Below are positions 36,791 to 47,316 of a stretch of 64,000 bases of DNA, piece by piece. The stretch spans positions 403,021-467,020 of the forward strand of contig JAVKGW010000001.1 in the NCBI GenBank assembly GCA_031460175.1, in the 5' to 3' direction. The stretch's first letter is position 1, and every line of letters begins with the position of its first letter. The notes beneath the pieces were generated by a model. That model was not told the DNA's origin. It saw only the letters and a program-made list of their open reading frames with translations, and made no database searches. Source of the stretch: Candidatus Sysuimicrobium tengchongense (GTDB lineage: Bacteria > Sysuimicrobiota > Sysuimicrobiia > Sysuimicrobiales > Sysuimicrobiaceae). The translations under genes and the position numbers were made by a program.

Positions 36791-37549
36791 TCACAGCCAC
36801 TCCCCCATGGGCAGCAACGTGATGTGGGCCTCCTCCAGGGCCGCCCGCACCGCCCGGGCCCGTTGGCCGGCTCCGGGCGTATCCCCGTGGATGCACAGGG
36901 TGTCCGCCTCCACCACGAGCTGATCCCCCTCCACGGTCTCGATGGGCTCCCCGTACGCGATGCGCACCGCCCGGCTGGCTGCCTCAAACGGCTCTAGGAG
37001 CAACGCGCCTGGTTCTTCCCGGGGCACGAGGGTCCCGTCCCGGCGGTAGGCCCGATCGCAGAAGGCCTCCCGGGCGACCCGAAGCCCCGCGGAGCGGGCC
37101 ACGTGCTCAAGGACGGACCCCGCGAGCACCACCAGGATCCTGTCCGGATACGCCCGCTGCACGGCCTCCACCACGGCCCGGGCCACGGCCTCGTCCTGGG
37201 CGGCCACGTTGTAGAGGGCGCCGTGGGGCTTGATGTGCTGGAGCGCGACCCCCTCTGCCCGCGCGATGGCCTCCAGGGCCCCGATCTGGTATAGGCAGTA
37301 GGCGGTGACCTCCTCGGGCCGCATGGGGATCCTCCGGCGGCCGAATCCCACGAGATCCGGATATCCCGGATGGGCCCCCACGGCCACCCCGTGCGCCCGA
37401 CACCGCCGCACCGCCCGCGTCATCTCCACGGGGTCCCCCGCGTGCATCCCGCAGGCGAGGTTCGCGGAGGTGATCGCGGGGAGGATCTCCTCGTCCTCCC
37501 CCAGTCGCCATATCCCCAACGACTCCCCGAGGTCGCAGTTGAGGTCCAT
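36791..37549 (-). CDS. pxpA: 5-oxoprolinase subunit A / LamB-YcsF family lactam hydrolase
   Basis: Family N-terminus MDLNCDLGE, then [15 protein letters not shown], then HGALYN. Confidence 0.8.
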   Translation of the reverse strand: MDLNCDLGESLGIWRLGEDEEILPAITSANLACGMHAGDPVEMTRAVRRCRAHGVAVGAHPGYPDLVGFGRRRIPMRPEEVTAYCLYQIGALEAIARAEGVALQHIKPHGALYNVAAQDEAVARAVVEAVQRAYPDRILVVLAGSVLEHVARSAGLRVAREAFCDRAYRRDGTLVPREEPGALLLEPFEAASRAVRIAYGEPIETVEGDQLVVEADTLCIHGDTPGAGQRARAVRAALEEAHITLLPMGEWL

Positions 37550-37668
37550 GGGACGTCCCATATTCCCCTCCCGGAGAGCCTTGTTCCACGTCCGCCGGGC
37601 CTTCCCTGCGCCTTCCTTGCCAGCATGCGCGGTTTCCCGGAAGATGGAGGGAGCGAGGGCGTGGGGGT

Positions 37669-39624
37669 ATGCGGGCCGGCATCGGCTGGAAGATCCTCGC
37701 GGGGTACCTGGCGGTTTCCTTCCTGGTCGGGCTCGCCTTCGGCCTCTCCGCGCTCGGCACGGAGTGGATCGCGGGCACCGCCCGGCGCCTCAATCAGGGT
37801 GCCCAGCTCATGACCGCAACCCTCGCCGCGCAAGTGCTCGCGGAGCGTGCGCTGTTCCTCGCGCTCCAGGAGCGCGTCCTCCGGCCGCCGGAAGCCGGGG
37901 TCCAGCTGGAGCTCACCCGCCGCCTTCTCGAGCGCGCCCTGGATGCTCTCTCGTTCCAGACGGAGGTCCGGCCGCTCCTTGTCCGCATCCGGTCCGCCCA
38001 GGCCTCCTTCGCCTCCGCGGTCCGCGCCTTGCGGGAAAGCGCACCGTCCCGGGAGCGGGAAGCGGTTCAGGAGGTCCTGAACCGGTCCGCGGAGCTCCGA
38101 AGACTCCTGCGGGATCTGGCGGCCCGCACCCCGGACCCGCTGGAGGGAGCCGCGGCGGGGTGGCCCGCCCGCGGGTGGCTACCGGATTTCTTCCGACAGC
38201 AGGTGGAGCACACCCGTCGCATGGCGGACCATATCCGGGCCCTGCGGGACTCCTACCGGTGGGAGCAGGCCTTCTGGGCCCGGTGCAGCGCCCTCCTCGC
38301 CCTGGTTCTGGACCCCGCACCCCAGCACCTCTCCACCCTCACGGCGGCCCTGCCGCCTGCCCCGTGGCCGCGCATCCCGGAGGCGGAGCCCCTCCTGGCG
38401 GAGCAGGCGGCCGCCATGGACCGGTTTGAGGAATTCGTACAGGAGGCCCTCACGCGCTACCGGCCCGCGGATCCGGAGGCCTATGCGACCTTCGTCCGGA
38501 AGGGGTTCCCCCGGGCCCTCGAGGACGTCCTGACCCCCGCCACCTCCCTGCGGGCCGCGCTGGAGGTGGAGCGCACCCGGTTCCAGTCCGAGCTGGAGCG
38601 GGTGAACGCCTCGGTCCTCGCGTTCACCCGGAGCCTCACCCATGCCGCCGTCCTCGCCCTGCTCGTGGGCCTTCTGGTGGCCGCGGTCCTCACCCGGAGC
38701 ATCACCCGTCCCCTCGATGCGCTCGCCGTGGCCATGGACCGCGTGCGTCACAACGACCTGGAAGTCCGCCTGGACGCAGGACGCCGCGGTGACGAGGTGG
38801 GACGCATGGTGGAGGTGTTTAACGCCATGGTCCAGGAGCTCCGGGAGTCCCGGGAGCGGTTGCGGGCGTACCAGGAGGATCTGGAGCGCATGGTGGCCGA
38901 GCGCACGCAGCAGCTGGAGCGGGCGCAGGCCCGGCTGGTGCAGTCCGAGAAACTGGCGGCTCTCGGGGAGCTCGTGGCGGGGGTGGCTCACGAGCTCAAC
39001 AACCCGCTCACCTCCGTGCTGGGCTACGCGCAACTGCTGGAGGCCGGGGAGCTGAACGGGGAGGACGCCCGCCGGGCCATGGGGGTCATCCTGCAGGAGG
39101 CGGAGCGGGCCCGCCGCATCGTGCAGAACCTCCTGACCTTCGCCCGGCAGCGGGCCCACGAGCGCGGCCCCGTGGACGTCAATGCGGCCCTGGAGCAGAC
39201 CTTGGCCTTGCGGCGGTACGAGCTGGAGCGGGCCGGGGTGGAGTTCGCGCTGGATCTGGCCCGCGACCTCCCTTTCATCGAGGGCGACCTGTTCCAGCTG
39301 CAGCAGGTCTTCTTAAACCTCATCAACAACGCGGCCCAGGCTTTGGCCGGGGCCCGCGGCCGCATCGAGATCCGCACCACCCACCGGGAAGGCCGGGTGG
39401 TCGTGGAGGTGGCGGACACGGGTCCCGGAATCCCCCCCGAGCACCTGCATCGCATCTTCGATCCCTTTTTCACCACCAAGGACGTCGGGCAGGGGACAGG
39501 GCTGGGGCTCTCGATCTCCTACGGGATCGTGCGGGACCACGGGGGCGAGATCTACGCGGAGAACCGCCCGGAGGGCGGCGCCCGGTTCGTCATCGAGCTC
39601 CCGGCGGCTGCGCCGTCAGCCTGA
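37669..39624 (+). CDS. Sensor histidine kinase (orphan; no response regulator adjacent)
   Basis: Two TM helices flank a periplasmic region, followed by HAMP, HisKA (H-box AHELNNPL) and HATPase_c (N, G1, G2 boxes). Confidence 0.8.
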   Translation: MRAGIGWKILAGYLAVSFLVGLAFGLSALGTEWIAGTARRLNQGAQLMTATLAAQVLAERALFLALQERVLRPPEAGVQLELTRRLLERALDALSFQTEVRPLLVRIRSAQASFASAVRALRESAPSREREAVQEVLNRSAELRRLLRDLAARTPDPLEGAAAGWPARGWLPDFFRQQVEHTRRMADHIRALRDSYRWEQAFWARCSALLALVLDPAPQHLSTLTAALPPAPWPRIPEAEPLLAEQAAAMDRFEEFVQEALTRYRPADPEAYATFVRKGFPRALEDVLTPATSLRAALEVERTRFQSELERVNASVLAFTRSLTHAAVLALLVGLLVAAVLTRSITRPLDALAVAMDRVRHNDLEVRLDAGRRGDEVGRMVEVFNAMVQELRESRERLRAYQEDLERMVAERTQQLERAQARLVQSEKLAALGELVAGVAHELNNPLTSVLGYAQLLEAGELNGEDARRAMGVILQEAERARRIVQNLLTFARQRAHERGPVDVNAALEQTLALRRYELERAGVEFALDLARDLPFIEGDLFQLQQVFLNLINNAAQALAGARGRIEIRTTHREGRVVVEVADTGPGIPPEHLHRIFDPFFTTKDVGQGTGLGLSISYGIVRDHGGEIYAENRPEGGARFVIELPAAAPSA

Positions 39625-40447
39625 CCTCCACGCGGATGGGATCTTGGAGCACCAGGGCTCCCTCCCGCACTCCGTACGGCACCTCCCGGGCCCGCAACCA
39701 GGCCTCCAGGACCGTGAGGGCCTCCGGGGGAATCCCCCACGTGTAGGACACGAGCCCCGTGGCGCCCTCCGGCGGCCAACGCGGGGCTCCCCAGACGTTG
39801 AGTCCCACGTGGTGGTGGTATTCCCCGGCCGCGAGGAAAAGGGCCCCGGGATAGCCCCGCTGGGTGACCCGAAGTCCCAGGATCTCCGCGTAGAACGCCT
39901 CCCCCCGGGAGAGGTCGTCCACGCGGAGGTGGACGTGCCCGAGCCGGGTTCCGGGGTCGAGGGGCCCGGCTTCCCTGGCTTCCTGCAGGAGACTTGGGAC
40001 ATCGAGGGGGCGGGTAGCCATGGCGATCTCCCCGTCCCGGCGGGGCCAGGAAGTGGGCGGGCGGTCCCGGTAGAGCTCCAGACCGTTTCCCTCAGGGTCT
40101 GCCAGATAAAACGCCTCGGAAACCCCGTGGTCGCTTGCGCCCTCCAGGGGCCAGTTCGCGAGCAGCAGCCGGCGCACCACGCGGGCGAGGGAAGCACGGT
40201 CCGGGAGCAGGAGGGCAAAGTGGTACAGCCCCACCGCCCCCAGCGGATGGAGCGGGGAGGCGGGACTGTGGAGCAGGGTCAGGGAAAACCGCCGACCTTC
40301 CGGCGCAAACCACACTTCTTCCCCCGCGCGTCCCACCTCCTGCAGGCCCAGGAGTCCCCCGTAGAAGGCCCGCATCCGGTCCAGGTTCTGGACCCGGAGG
40401 GTGAGGGCCACGAGGGAGGCTTCCGGCGGCATCCGGAAGCGCATCAT
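39590..40447 (-). CDS. Two-domain VOC-family protein (extradiol dioxygenase/glyoxalase-like)
   Basis: 285 aa with two tandem glyoxalase-fold modules. Confidence 0.7.
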   Translation of the reverse strand: MMRFRMPPEASLVALTLRVQNLDRMRAFYGGLLGLQEVGRAGEEVWFAPEGRRFSLTLLHSPASPLHPLGAVGLYHFALLLPDRASLARVVRRLLLANWPLEGASDHGVSEAFYLADPEGNGLELYRDRPPTSWPRRDGEIAMATRPLDVPSLLQEAREAGPLDPGTRLGHVHLRVDDLSRGEAFYAEILGLRVTQRGYPGALFLAAGEYHHHVGLNVWGAPRWPPEGATGLVSYTWGIPPEALTVLEAWLRAREVPYGVREGALVLQDPIRVEVRLTAQPPGAR

Positions 40448-40449
40448 GC

Positions 40450-41091
40450 TCAGTCCCGCGTCCGTACGAGACCCACGAGGAAAGGGTTGCTCAGCCGCTC
40501 CCGGCGGACGGTGGTGGGCGGACCGTGCCCGGGGTAGAGCACGGTGTCGTCGGGAAGGGTGAGGACCTTGGTGCGGATGCTCTCCATCAGGGTATCCCAG
40601 TCCCCCCCCGGAAAGTCCGTGCGCCCCACGCTCCCTGCGAAGACCACGTCCCCCACAAACGCAAAGCCCGGGCCCACCAGGATCACGTGACCCGGCGTGT
40701 GCCCAGGAGCGGAGAGCACCCGGAGCTCGAGCTCGCCCACCCGGAGGACGTCTCCCTCCTCCAGGAACCCGTCCGGATCCGGCGGCGGATCCACCACCAC
40801 GCCCATCAGGAGGGCGGAGGCGCTCGCGTTCCGGATGAGCTCTACGTCCCCCGCGGGCGCCAGGAACCGGGCCCCCGTGGCCTGTTTGAGGGGCCGCACC
40901 GCGCCCACGTGGTCCCAGTGGCCGTGGGTGGCCACGATGGTCTCCACCTCGAGGCCGTGGTGGTGCACGAGTTCCAAGATCACGGGGGCGTCGCTCCCGG
41001 GGTCCACCACCACCGCCCGCCTGGTCTTCTCGTCTCCCAGGAGATAGCAGTTGGTCCCGATGGGGCCCGTGGGGATCTGCTCCAGGATCAT
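40450..41091 (-). CDS. MBL-fold hydrolase (glyoxalase II-like)
   Basis: THGHWDHVG and APGHTPGH motifs in a 213-aa protein. Confidence 0.8.
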   Translation of the reverse strand: MILEQIPTGPIGTNCYLLGDEKTRRAVVVDPGSDAPVILELVHHHGLEVETIVATHGHWDHVGAVRPLKQATGARFLAPAGDVELIRNASASALLMGVVVDPPPDPDGFLEEGDVLRVGELELRVLSAPGHTPGHVILVGPGFAFVGDVVFAGSVGRTDFPGGDWDTLMESIRTKVLTLPDDTVLYPGHGPPTTVRRERLSNPFLVGLVRTRD

Positions 41092-41435
41092 GGCTTGAGC
41101 ACCTGTTGGAATCTGGGGATGCCCCGGGCGGCCTGGTCCACCCGCTCCTGGATCTCCACGAATCGTTCCAGGTACCGCCGGGCCCGGCGCATGTACTCGT
41201 ACGTCTTTTCCTGCCACCCTTCCGGCTCCACCACCTCCGCGGGCATGCACAGGACGCTGTGGGCCTGCCCCAGCCGCAGGACGTACTCGTAACACGGGTA
41301 AGGCTTCTCCTGGAACTGGACGGTGCGCGGGTCCAGCTGCAGCCCCGCGGCCCGGGCGGCCTCCACGAGCCGCCGGACGGCTTCCCGCATGGGCACGGGA
41401 CGAACCCTCATGCCCCCCGCTCGTACGCCCTCCAT
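41088..41435 (-). CDS. Hypothetical protein translationally coupled (ATGA) to the downstream MBL hydrolase
   Basis: 115 aa, with GGCGGAGGG directly upstream of the ATG and a TTATACT -10-like box. Confidence 0.45.
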   Translation of the reverse strand: MEGVRAGGMRVRPVPMREAVRRLVEAARAAGLQLDPRTVQFQEKPYPCYEYVLRLGQAHSVLCMPAEVVEPEGWQEKTYEYMRRARRYLERFVEIQERVDQAARGIPRFQQVLKP

Positions 41436-41523
41436 CCCATCCCTCCGCCTGGAGCCACTCCCTAAGAGTATAACGCCCCCTGGACACGAGGAGTTTCCGG
41501 GCCGGGGCGCGAACCCGCCCTCC

Positions 41524-42435
41524 GTGTGCCCCTCAAACCGGACCGGGGACCTTCTCGTGCTCGCGGCCGCGGCGCTGTGGGGCACGATGGGGATCGCCGT
41601 GCGCCGGGCGGACGCCGCGGGGATTGGCGTTTTCGAGGCCTCCGCGTGGCGGGCGGGCATCGCGTTTGTGGGGATGCTGGGGATCACGCTCCTCACCGGT
41701 CCCCACCGCCTCCGGGTGCCCGGGCGGGATCTCGTCTTCTTTGCGGCTTACGGGTTCGTGAGCATCGCCCTCTTCTTCCTCGCGTACTTCACCGCGATCC
41801 GCATGAGCTCCGTGGCGACCGCGGCCATCCTCCTCTACACCGCGCCCGCGTGGGTGGCGGTCATCGCGAGGCTGGTGCTCGGGGAAAGCCTCGGCGTGCG
41901 GAAGGGGATCGCGTTGGGGTTGGCCTTCTGCGGATGTCTGCTGGTGGTGCGGGCGTACGATCCCGCCGCCCTCCGGCTGAACCTCCCCGGGGTCCTGGCG
42001 GGGCTCGCCTCCGGGCTCACCTACGGCCTGTACAGCATCTTCGGGAAACTGGGCCTGCGGCGGCACGACCCTCAGGTGGTGCTTACCTATGCCTTGGGCT
42101 TCGGCGCCGCCTTCCTGGTGCTCCTGGGGATCGCCGCGGGGGTTCCCCTGGGACGTTTCTCCCCCTCCCACGTGATGCGGGCGGCCGGCCCTGTCCTCTA
42201 CCTGGGGGTGGTCATCACCCTCCTCCCGCAGTGGCTGTACGTCACGGGGCTCCGGTACGTGCCCGCGGGCCGTGCCAGCCTCATGGCGACCGTGGAGCCC
42301 GTGGTGGCCGCCCTGAGCGGGTACGTGGTGCTGGGGGAGGGCATGCACCTTCCCCAGATCGTGGGCGGAGCCCTGGTCCTCGCCGCGGTCCTGCTGGTCC
42401 AAGGGGAGCAGGCCCCGGGCCCTAGCGGTTCCTGA
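41524..42435 (+). CDS. EamA/DMT-family transporter
   Basis: 10 TM helices, duplicated EamA domains, and a GTG start. Confidence 0.7.
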   Translation: MCPSNRTGDLLVLAAAALWGTMGIAVRRADAAGIGVFEASAWRAGIAFVGMLGITLLTGPHRLRVPGRDLVFFAAYGFVSIALFFLAYFTAIRMSSVATAAILLYTAPAWVAVIARLVLGESLGVRKGIALGLAFCGCLLVVRAYDPAALRLNLPGVLAGLASGLTYGLYSIFGKLGLRRHDPQVVLTYALGFGAAFLVLLGIAAGVPLGRFSPSHVMRAAGPVLYLGVVITLLPQWLYVTGLRYVPAGRASLMATVEPVVAALSGYVVLGEGMHLPQIVGGALVLAAVLLVQGEQAPGPSGS

Positions 42436-43165
42436 TCCGCGCCCGGATCAAGGCCGTCCGATGAGCCGCCTCCTCGAAGCGGTCGTCGAGGGGCGCCAGG
42501 GCCACCTCGCCGTAGCGGCGGCGCAGGCTCAACCGGATCAGGTGGTCCGCAAACCGGGGGTTCTTTGGGAGCACGGGACCGTGCAGGTACGTGCCGAAAA
42601 CCGTCCCGCAAAGGGCCCCCTCCGTGCGGTCCCGCCCGTTGTTCCCGAACCCCACCACCACCCGGGCGAGGGGCTCAGACCCGGGACCCAGCCGCGTCCG
42701 GCCTCCGTGGTTCTCGTATCCCACTAAGGTGCCGACCCCCGGGATCGCGCACTCCGCCACCACGTCGCCCACAAGCCGCCGCTCCCGGGGGCCGGGGTGC
42801 TCCGTCACCACGTCCAGCACCCCGATCCCCGGGAGCGGCTCCCCCTCCGCGGGCCGATACCTGTGCCCCAGGAGCTGGTAACCTCCGCACACCCCCAGGA
42901 TTACCACGCCCCGGGCGGCCGCCGCCCGGAGGGCTTCGGCCTTCCCCTGGAGGTCTCGGGCCACGAGGACCTGCTGGCGGTCCTCCCCGCCTCCCAGAAA
43001 GATGAGGTCGTACGCCTCCGGGTCCAGGGTCTCTTCCAGCCGCACGGGGGTGATGCGCACCGCGATCCCGCGCTGCTCCGCCCGCCACCGCAGGCAGAGG
43101 AGGTTGCCCCGGTCGCCGTAGAGGTTCAGCAGATCCGGATAGAGGTGCGCGATCCGCAGCTCCAC
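42422..43165 (-). CDS. gatD: Lipid II isoglutaminyl synthase glutaminase subunit GatD (CobQ-like class I GATase)
   Basis: Active-site GVCGGYQLLG, then H..E. Lies immediately downstream of murT on the same strand. Confidence 0.8.
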   Translation of the reverse strand: MELRIAHLYPDLLNLYGDRGNLLCLRWRAEQRGIAVRITPVRLEETLDPEAYDLIFLGGGEDRQQVLVARDLQGKAEALRAAAARGVVILGVCGGYQLLGHRYRPAEGEPLPGIGVLDVVTEHPGPRERRLVGDVVAECAIPGVGTLVGYENHGGRTRLGPGSEPLARVVVGFGNNGRDRTEGALCGTVFGTYLHGPVLPKNPRFADHLIRLSLRRRYGEVALAPLDDRFEEAAHRTALIRARIRNR

Positions 43166-44548
43166 TCAGTCCTCCCAGAAGCCCGGGACAACGCCCTCCC
43201 GCTGCAGGATCCGCCGCAGTTCCAACAGGGCGGTGTAGGTGGGGAGTACGAGAAGGGTCCCCCCTTCGGGAACGCCCTGGGCCGCCTCCCGCAGGGCCCG
43301 GGCAAGATCCGGTTCCACCCGTAGCCGGTCTTCAGGGATCCCCGCATACCGGAGGCGCAGGGCCAGATCCGCGGCCCGGAGGCCGCTCGCGACGACGGGG
43401 AGTGGGAGTTCCCGCAGTTCCTCGAAGTCCACGTCCCACAGCCACGAGACGTCCCGCCCGTCCGCGGTCCGGTCGTGGATCGCCACCAGGAGGGCCTCAG
43501 GAGGACGCTGGACCACCATCCGCAGGAGGGCGTTGAACCCCGCGGGGTTCTTCGCCAGGAGGATCTCCAGCGCCACGCCGCGCCACCGCAGCCGCTCCGC
43601 CCGGCCGAAGGCGGGCCGGAACCCCTGCAGGCTCCGCTCCACGGCCCCGCCGGGGACCCCCAGACAGAGCGCGGCTGCGGTGGCCGCGAGGGCGTTGTAC
43701 ACGTTGTACAGGCCCGGAAGGGGAATCCGAACCCGCAGGCGTCCTCCGGGCCAGACCAGGCTCGCTTCCGTCCCCCGCGTGCCGTCCGTTCGGATCGCCT
43801 CCGCGTAAACCGTGGGATCCGGCCGCCGCACCCCACACCGCTCGCACGCGTACCGACCCACGTGGGAGAGGTACACCACCTCGTAGGTGTACGGGGTCCC
43901 GCACCGGTAACAGTAGCGGACGTCCGCGGCGTCCTCCATGGCTCTCAGCCCGCAGCCTTCGTCCTCCACCCCGAAGGGCACCGTGGCCAGCTGCAGGTCC
44001 CGGACCACCGCCGCCACCTGTGGATCGTCCGCGTTGAAGCACACCGTGGCCTCCGGGAGTCCTCGGAGGGCGGCCCGCCACCGGTGCGCCACCGCCTCCA
44101 CCTCACCGTAGCGATCCAGCTGGTCGCGGAACAGGTTCAGGAGGACCACCACCCGGGGCCGCAGGATCGGGATGAGGAGCGGAAAGGCCGCCTCATCCAC
44201 CTCGAACACCCCCACCTCCCCCCGCACCTGGCCCCGTAAGTTCGCGGCCTCCACCAGGGCGGAGGCGATGCCCGAGGGGAGGTTCGCCCCCGCCCGGTTG
44301 TGCACCGAACGCAGACCCGCCTCCCGGAGCATCTCCGCCACCAGGCGGGCCGTGGTGGTCTTCCCGTTGGTGCCGCTCACCACCACCGCACCCCGCGGGA
44401 GCTGGGAGGCGAGGGTCTCGAGGATCCCCGGATAAACCCGCCGGGCGAGCCGTCCAGGGAGCGTGGTCCCCCCGCCCGCCCGCAGGCCACGACTCAGGCG
44501 GGCCGTGGATTTGGCCAGGAGGAGGGCAAGGCGCAGGCGTACGGTCAC
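43166..44548 (-). CDS. murT: Lipid II isoglutaminyl synthase Mur-ligase subunit MurT
   Basis: Mur ligase P-loop (VSGTNGKTTT), the MurT-specific Cys4 ribbon (CYRCGTPY...CERCG) and the DUF1727 C-terminus. Confidence 0.85.
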   Translation of the reverse strand: MTVRLRLALLLAKSTARLSRGLRAGGGTTLPGRLARRVYPGILETLASQLPRGAVVVSGTNGKTTTARLVAEMLREAGLRSVHNRAGANLPSGIASALVEAANLRGQVRGEVGVFEVDEAAFPLLIPILRPRVVVLLNLFRDQLDRYGEVEAVAHRWRAALRGLPEATVCFNADDPQVAAVVRDLQLATVPFGVEDEGCGLRAMEDAADVRYCYRCGTPYTYEVVYLSHVGRYACERCGVRRPDPTVYAEAIRTDGTRGTEASLVWPGGRLRVRIPLPGLYNVYNALAATAAALCLGVPGGAVERSLQGFRPAFGRAERLRWRGVALEILLAKNPAGFNALLRMVVQRPPEALLVAIHDRTADGRDVSWLWDVDFEELRELPLPVVASGLRAADLALRLRYAGIPEDRLRVEPDLARALREAAQGVPEGGTLLVLPTYTALLELRRILQREGVVPGFWED

Positions 44549-44586
44549 CCAAGCCCCATCCTACCAGAGGACGGAGCCCCGCGACC

Positions 44587-45393
44587 TCAGTAGGGACGGC
44601 GGGCGCCTACGAAACGCGCCCGGTAGTAGCCATCCTGCAGGGAGTCAACCCGAACCCGCCCTCCCGCGGAGGAGGCGTGGATGAAGGAGCCCCCGCCCAG
44701 GTAGATCCCCACGTGGGAGGGTCCGGGGCGGTACGTGGTGAAGAAAACGAGATCCCCCGGCTCCAGCTCGGAGAGCGAGACGGGGCGCCCTACCCCGAAC
44801 ATCTCGAAGGAGGTGCGGGGAAGTGGGATTCCGAACCGCTGGAACATGGCGTAGACGAATCCGGAGCAATCGAACCCCCCGGCACCCGTGCCGCCCCATC
44901 GGTAAGGCACCCCCAGGAACCGTCGGGCGAAGACCGCCAGCACCGTTCCCCGCGAAGAGGTGACCTGCCGGACCCGGGGACCGGCAGTGGAAGAGGCGGG
45001 CACCCTTAACCGCTGCCCCACCCGCAGGACTCCCTCCACCGGGATCCCGTTCAGGGCCGCGAGCTGCTGGGGGCTTGTTCTGTACCGGCGGGCAAGACGC
45101 CAGAGGGTGTCCCCAGGCTGGACCTCGTACACCTCCTCCCGCTGGACCGCTTCCTCATCGGCCCGCCCGGGGATCCGCAGCACCTGCCCGGGCCGGAGGA
45201 CGTCTGGATCTTCCAGCCCGTTTGCCTCCACCAGGTCCCGCACGCTGACTCCGTAGCGGGCCGCGATCCGGGTGAGGGTGTCTCCCGGCTGCACGGTGTA
45301 CGAGGAACCTTGCGCGAAGACCCGGGATGGACCCAGGAGAACCAAGCACAGGAAGGCCATCGCGGCCACGGCCTTCGGCCAGCCCATCCTCAT
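44587..45393 (-). CDS. Peptidoglycan DL-endopeptidase (signal peptide + 2x LysM + NlpC/P60)
   Basis: Two LysM repeats (YTVQPGDTLTRIAARYGVSV..., YEVQPGDTLWRLARRY...) and NlpC/P60 catalytic Cys in DCSGFV, with His downstream. Confidence 0.8.
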   Translation of the reverse strand: MRMGWPKAVAAMAFLCLVLLGPSRVFAQGSSYTVQPGDTLTRIAARYGVSVRDLVEANGLEDPDVLRPGQVLRIPGRADEEAVQREEVYEVQPGDTLWRLARRYRTSPQQLAALNGIPVEGVLRVGQRLRVPASSTAGPRVRQVTSSRGTVLAVFARRFLGVPYRWGGTGAGGFDCSGFVYAMFQRFGIPLPRTSFEMFGVGRPVSLSELEPGDLVFFTTYRPGPSHVGIYLGGGSFIHASSAGGRVRVDSLQDGYYRARFVGARRPY

Positions 45394-45586
45394 CCCTCCC
45401 CCGGGGATCGAAGACCCCGCCCACGCGGGCCCATAGACGTTTATCAGGGTTCGCCCTGAGGAGGAGGGATCCTCCGTCAATGGGCAAGGCAATCCATAAA
45501 ATTTTCGGAAGACCAGAGGATAACACGAGGGGCGGGGAAAACCAATTTTATGGAAGATTCAGGGAGCCGGTGGTTTCGGAGATGAA

Positions 45587-45617
45587 CACAGGCCGGGAGG
45601 CCCTCTCCCGGCCTGTG
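45587..45617 (-). terminator. Stem-loop (13-bp stem) downstream of the BFN nuclease gene
   Basis: cacaggccgggag-gccct-ctcccggcctgtg. The flank on the gene's sense (minus) strand is only moderately T-rich. Confidence 0.35.
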
Positions 45618-45639
45618 TTCGCGAATCAAGTGGGCCCAG

Positions 45640-46113
45640 CTAGTGGAGGGAGCGCTTGAAGTCGCTGGGCTTAACGTTCTCGATGAACCGCCGCCACTCC
45701 TCCATCTCCTGGTCCTGATCCTCCTCCTTCTTGAGGGGGATGGCGTGGGCGGCGACCTTCTCGTCCACGAAGATGGGGGCGTTCATCCGCAGGGCGAGGG
45801 CGATGGCATCGCTGGGCCGGGAGTCGATGGCGTTCTCCCTCCCGTCCCGCACGAGGTGGATCTCCGCGTAGTAGGTCTGATCCCGGACGTCCGTGACCAC
45901 CACCCGCTTCACGGAGACGTCCATGCTCTGGAGGATGTTGCGCAAGAGGTCGTGGGTCATGGGGCGAGGTGGGGTGATCCCCTGCAGCTGCAGGGCGATG
46001 GCCTGGGCTTCCGCGGGACCCACCCAGATGGGGAGGGCCAGCCGCTCCTCCGCGTCCGTGAGCAGGACCACGGGGTTCATCTGGTGATCCATGGCGACGC
46101 CCTTCACCTTCAT
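45640..46113 (-). CDS. Bifunctional nuclease (BFN/DUF151) domain protein
   Basis: Family motifs (PVVLLTDAEERLALPIWVGPAEAQAIALQL) plus an acidic C-terminal tail. Confidence 0.7.
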   Translation of the reverse strand: MKVKGVAMDHQMNPVVLLTDAEERLALPIWVGPAEAQAIALQLQGITPPRPMTHDLLRNILQSMDVSVKRVVVTDVRDQTYYAEIHLVRDGRENAIDSRPSDAIALALRMNAPIFVDEKVAAHAIPLKKEEDQDQEMEEWRRFIENVKPSDFKRSLH

Positions 46114-46161
46114 CCAGATCACGGTTCCCCCCTCCTCCGCTCTTAAGCCGATTATACCACC

Positions 46162-47316
46162 CTACGATGTCGAGAGCCCCCTCCGGTCATAGGTGTACAC
46201 CTTGCCGTTGGCCCGCAGCCGGACGGGGTTCCGCCAGAGGGTGTACACGGACCGGAGGTACAGGGCGATGCGCTTGGGGTCCAGTTTCTTCCCCTCCTCC
46301 GCGTGCACCAGGGTGAGATCCCGGGGACCCGTGGGGTCCTCCACCTCGATGGGGGGGTCCCCTTTGTAGAGTTTCTGCTGGATGAGCATCTCCTTGACGG
46401 CCCCCACCTCCGTGTTCTTCGTGCGGTCCCGGGGGTCGTACACGAACAGGTCCAGCCGGTGCACGAGCTCCTGGGTGAGCATCTCGTCGATCAGACGCAC
46501 GTCCTCGTAGAATCGGCGGACCTCCAGGGCCTTCTGCCATCCCCAGGTCCGACGGATGTGCTGGAAGAGGGTATAGCCAATCATGTAGGTGGCGGGCCGG
46601 CTGCAGATGGAGATGCTGACCTCCGCCCACTGCCGGGCGCTCACCAGCTCCCTCAGCAGCTCCAGTTCCACGAAAGTGGCCCACCCCTCGTTGATGATGT
46701 GGGTGCGCTGGATGAGATCGAAGTACTCCGCCTCCTGCCGGACCGCCTCCAGGATGTACCGCTCGTAGTCCTGGAGGGGCGCCCGGGCCTCCAGGTAGTA
46801 GATGACCCGGCGGGTGCGCCGGGCGGGGTCCCGCTCGAAGGCGTTCACGCTGGTGGCCACGGTGAGGCAGGCGTCCAGCAACCGCTCCACCGTCTCCCGT
46901 CCGTACTTCTCCTCGAAGGACCGGAAGGTCCGGGCGTGCTGCTCCGCGAGGTTGAGGATGTCCTTGTTGGACTTGCGGAACCAGTGGTTGTTCGCGAAGA
47001 AGTCCGCGTGTCCGTACACGTGTGCGATGACGCAGAGGTTCTGCAGGTGGGTGTTGGTCCGGCGCAGGAAGGCATAGGAGGGACGGGTGTTCAGCACCAG
47101 CTCCAGGATGCTGAACACCGCCTTTGCTTGCTGGGCGTGGATCTCCTTGTAGGCTCCGCCCCAGTACCAGTGCACGAACCGGTTCGGAAGCCCCATGCTG
47201 GCCACTTCCGCGATCTCCTCGCTGTCCGTGAAGCGGAAGACCACGGGATCGAAGCTCAGGCCCAGGTCCCGGGCGAGCGCCTCCACCCGCGTGATGACCG
47301 TCTCGTACTCCCGCAT
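46162..47316 (-). CDS. SpoVR/YcgB-family protein
   Basis: Full-length family match (HWYWGGAYKE, HVYGHADFFANN). Confidence 0.85.
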   Translation of the reverse strand: MREYETVITRVEALARDLGLSFDPVVFRFTDSEEIAEVASMGLPNRFVHWYWGGAYKEIHAQQAKAVFSILELVLNTRPSYAFLRRTNTHLQNLCVIAHVYGHADFFANNHWFRKSNKDILNLAEQHARTFRSFEEKYGRETVERLLDACLTVATSVNAFERDPARRTRRVIYYLEARAPLQDYERYILEAVRQEAEYFDLIQRTHIINEGWATFVELELLRELVSARQWAEVSISICSRPATYMIGYTLFQHIRRTWGWQKALEVRRFYEDVRLIDEMLTQELVHRLDLFVYDPRDRTKNTEVGAVKEMLIQQKLYKGDPPIEVEDPTGPRDLTLVHAEEGKKLDPKRIALYLRSVYTLWRNPVRLRANGKVYTYDRRGLSTS

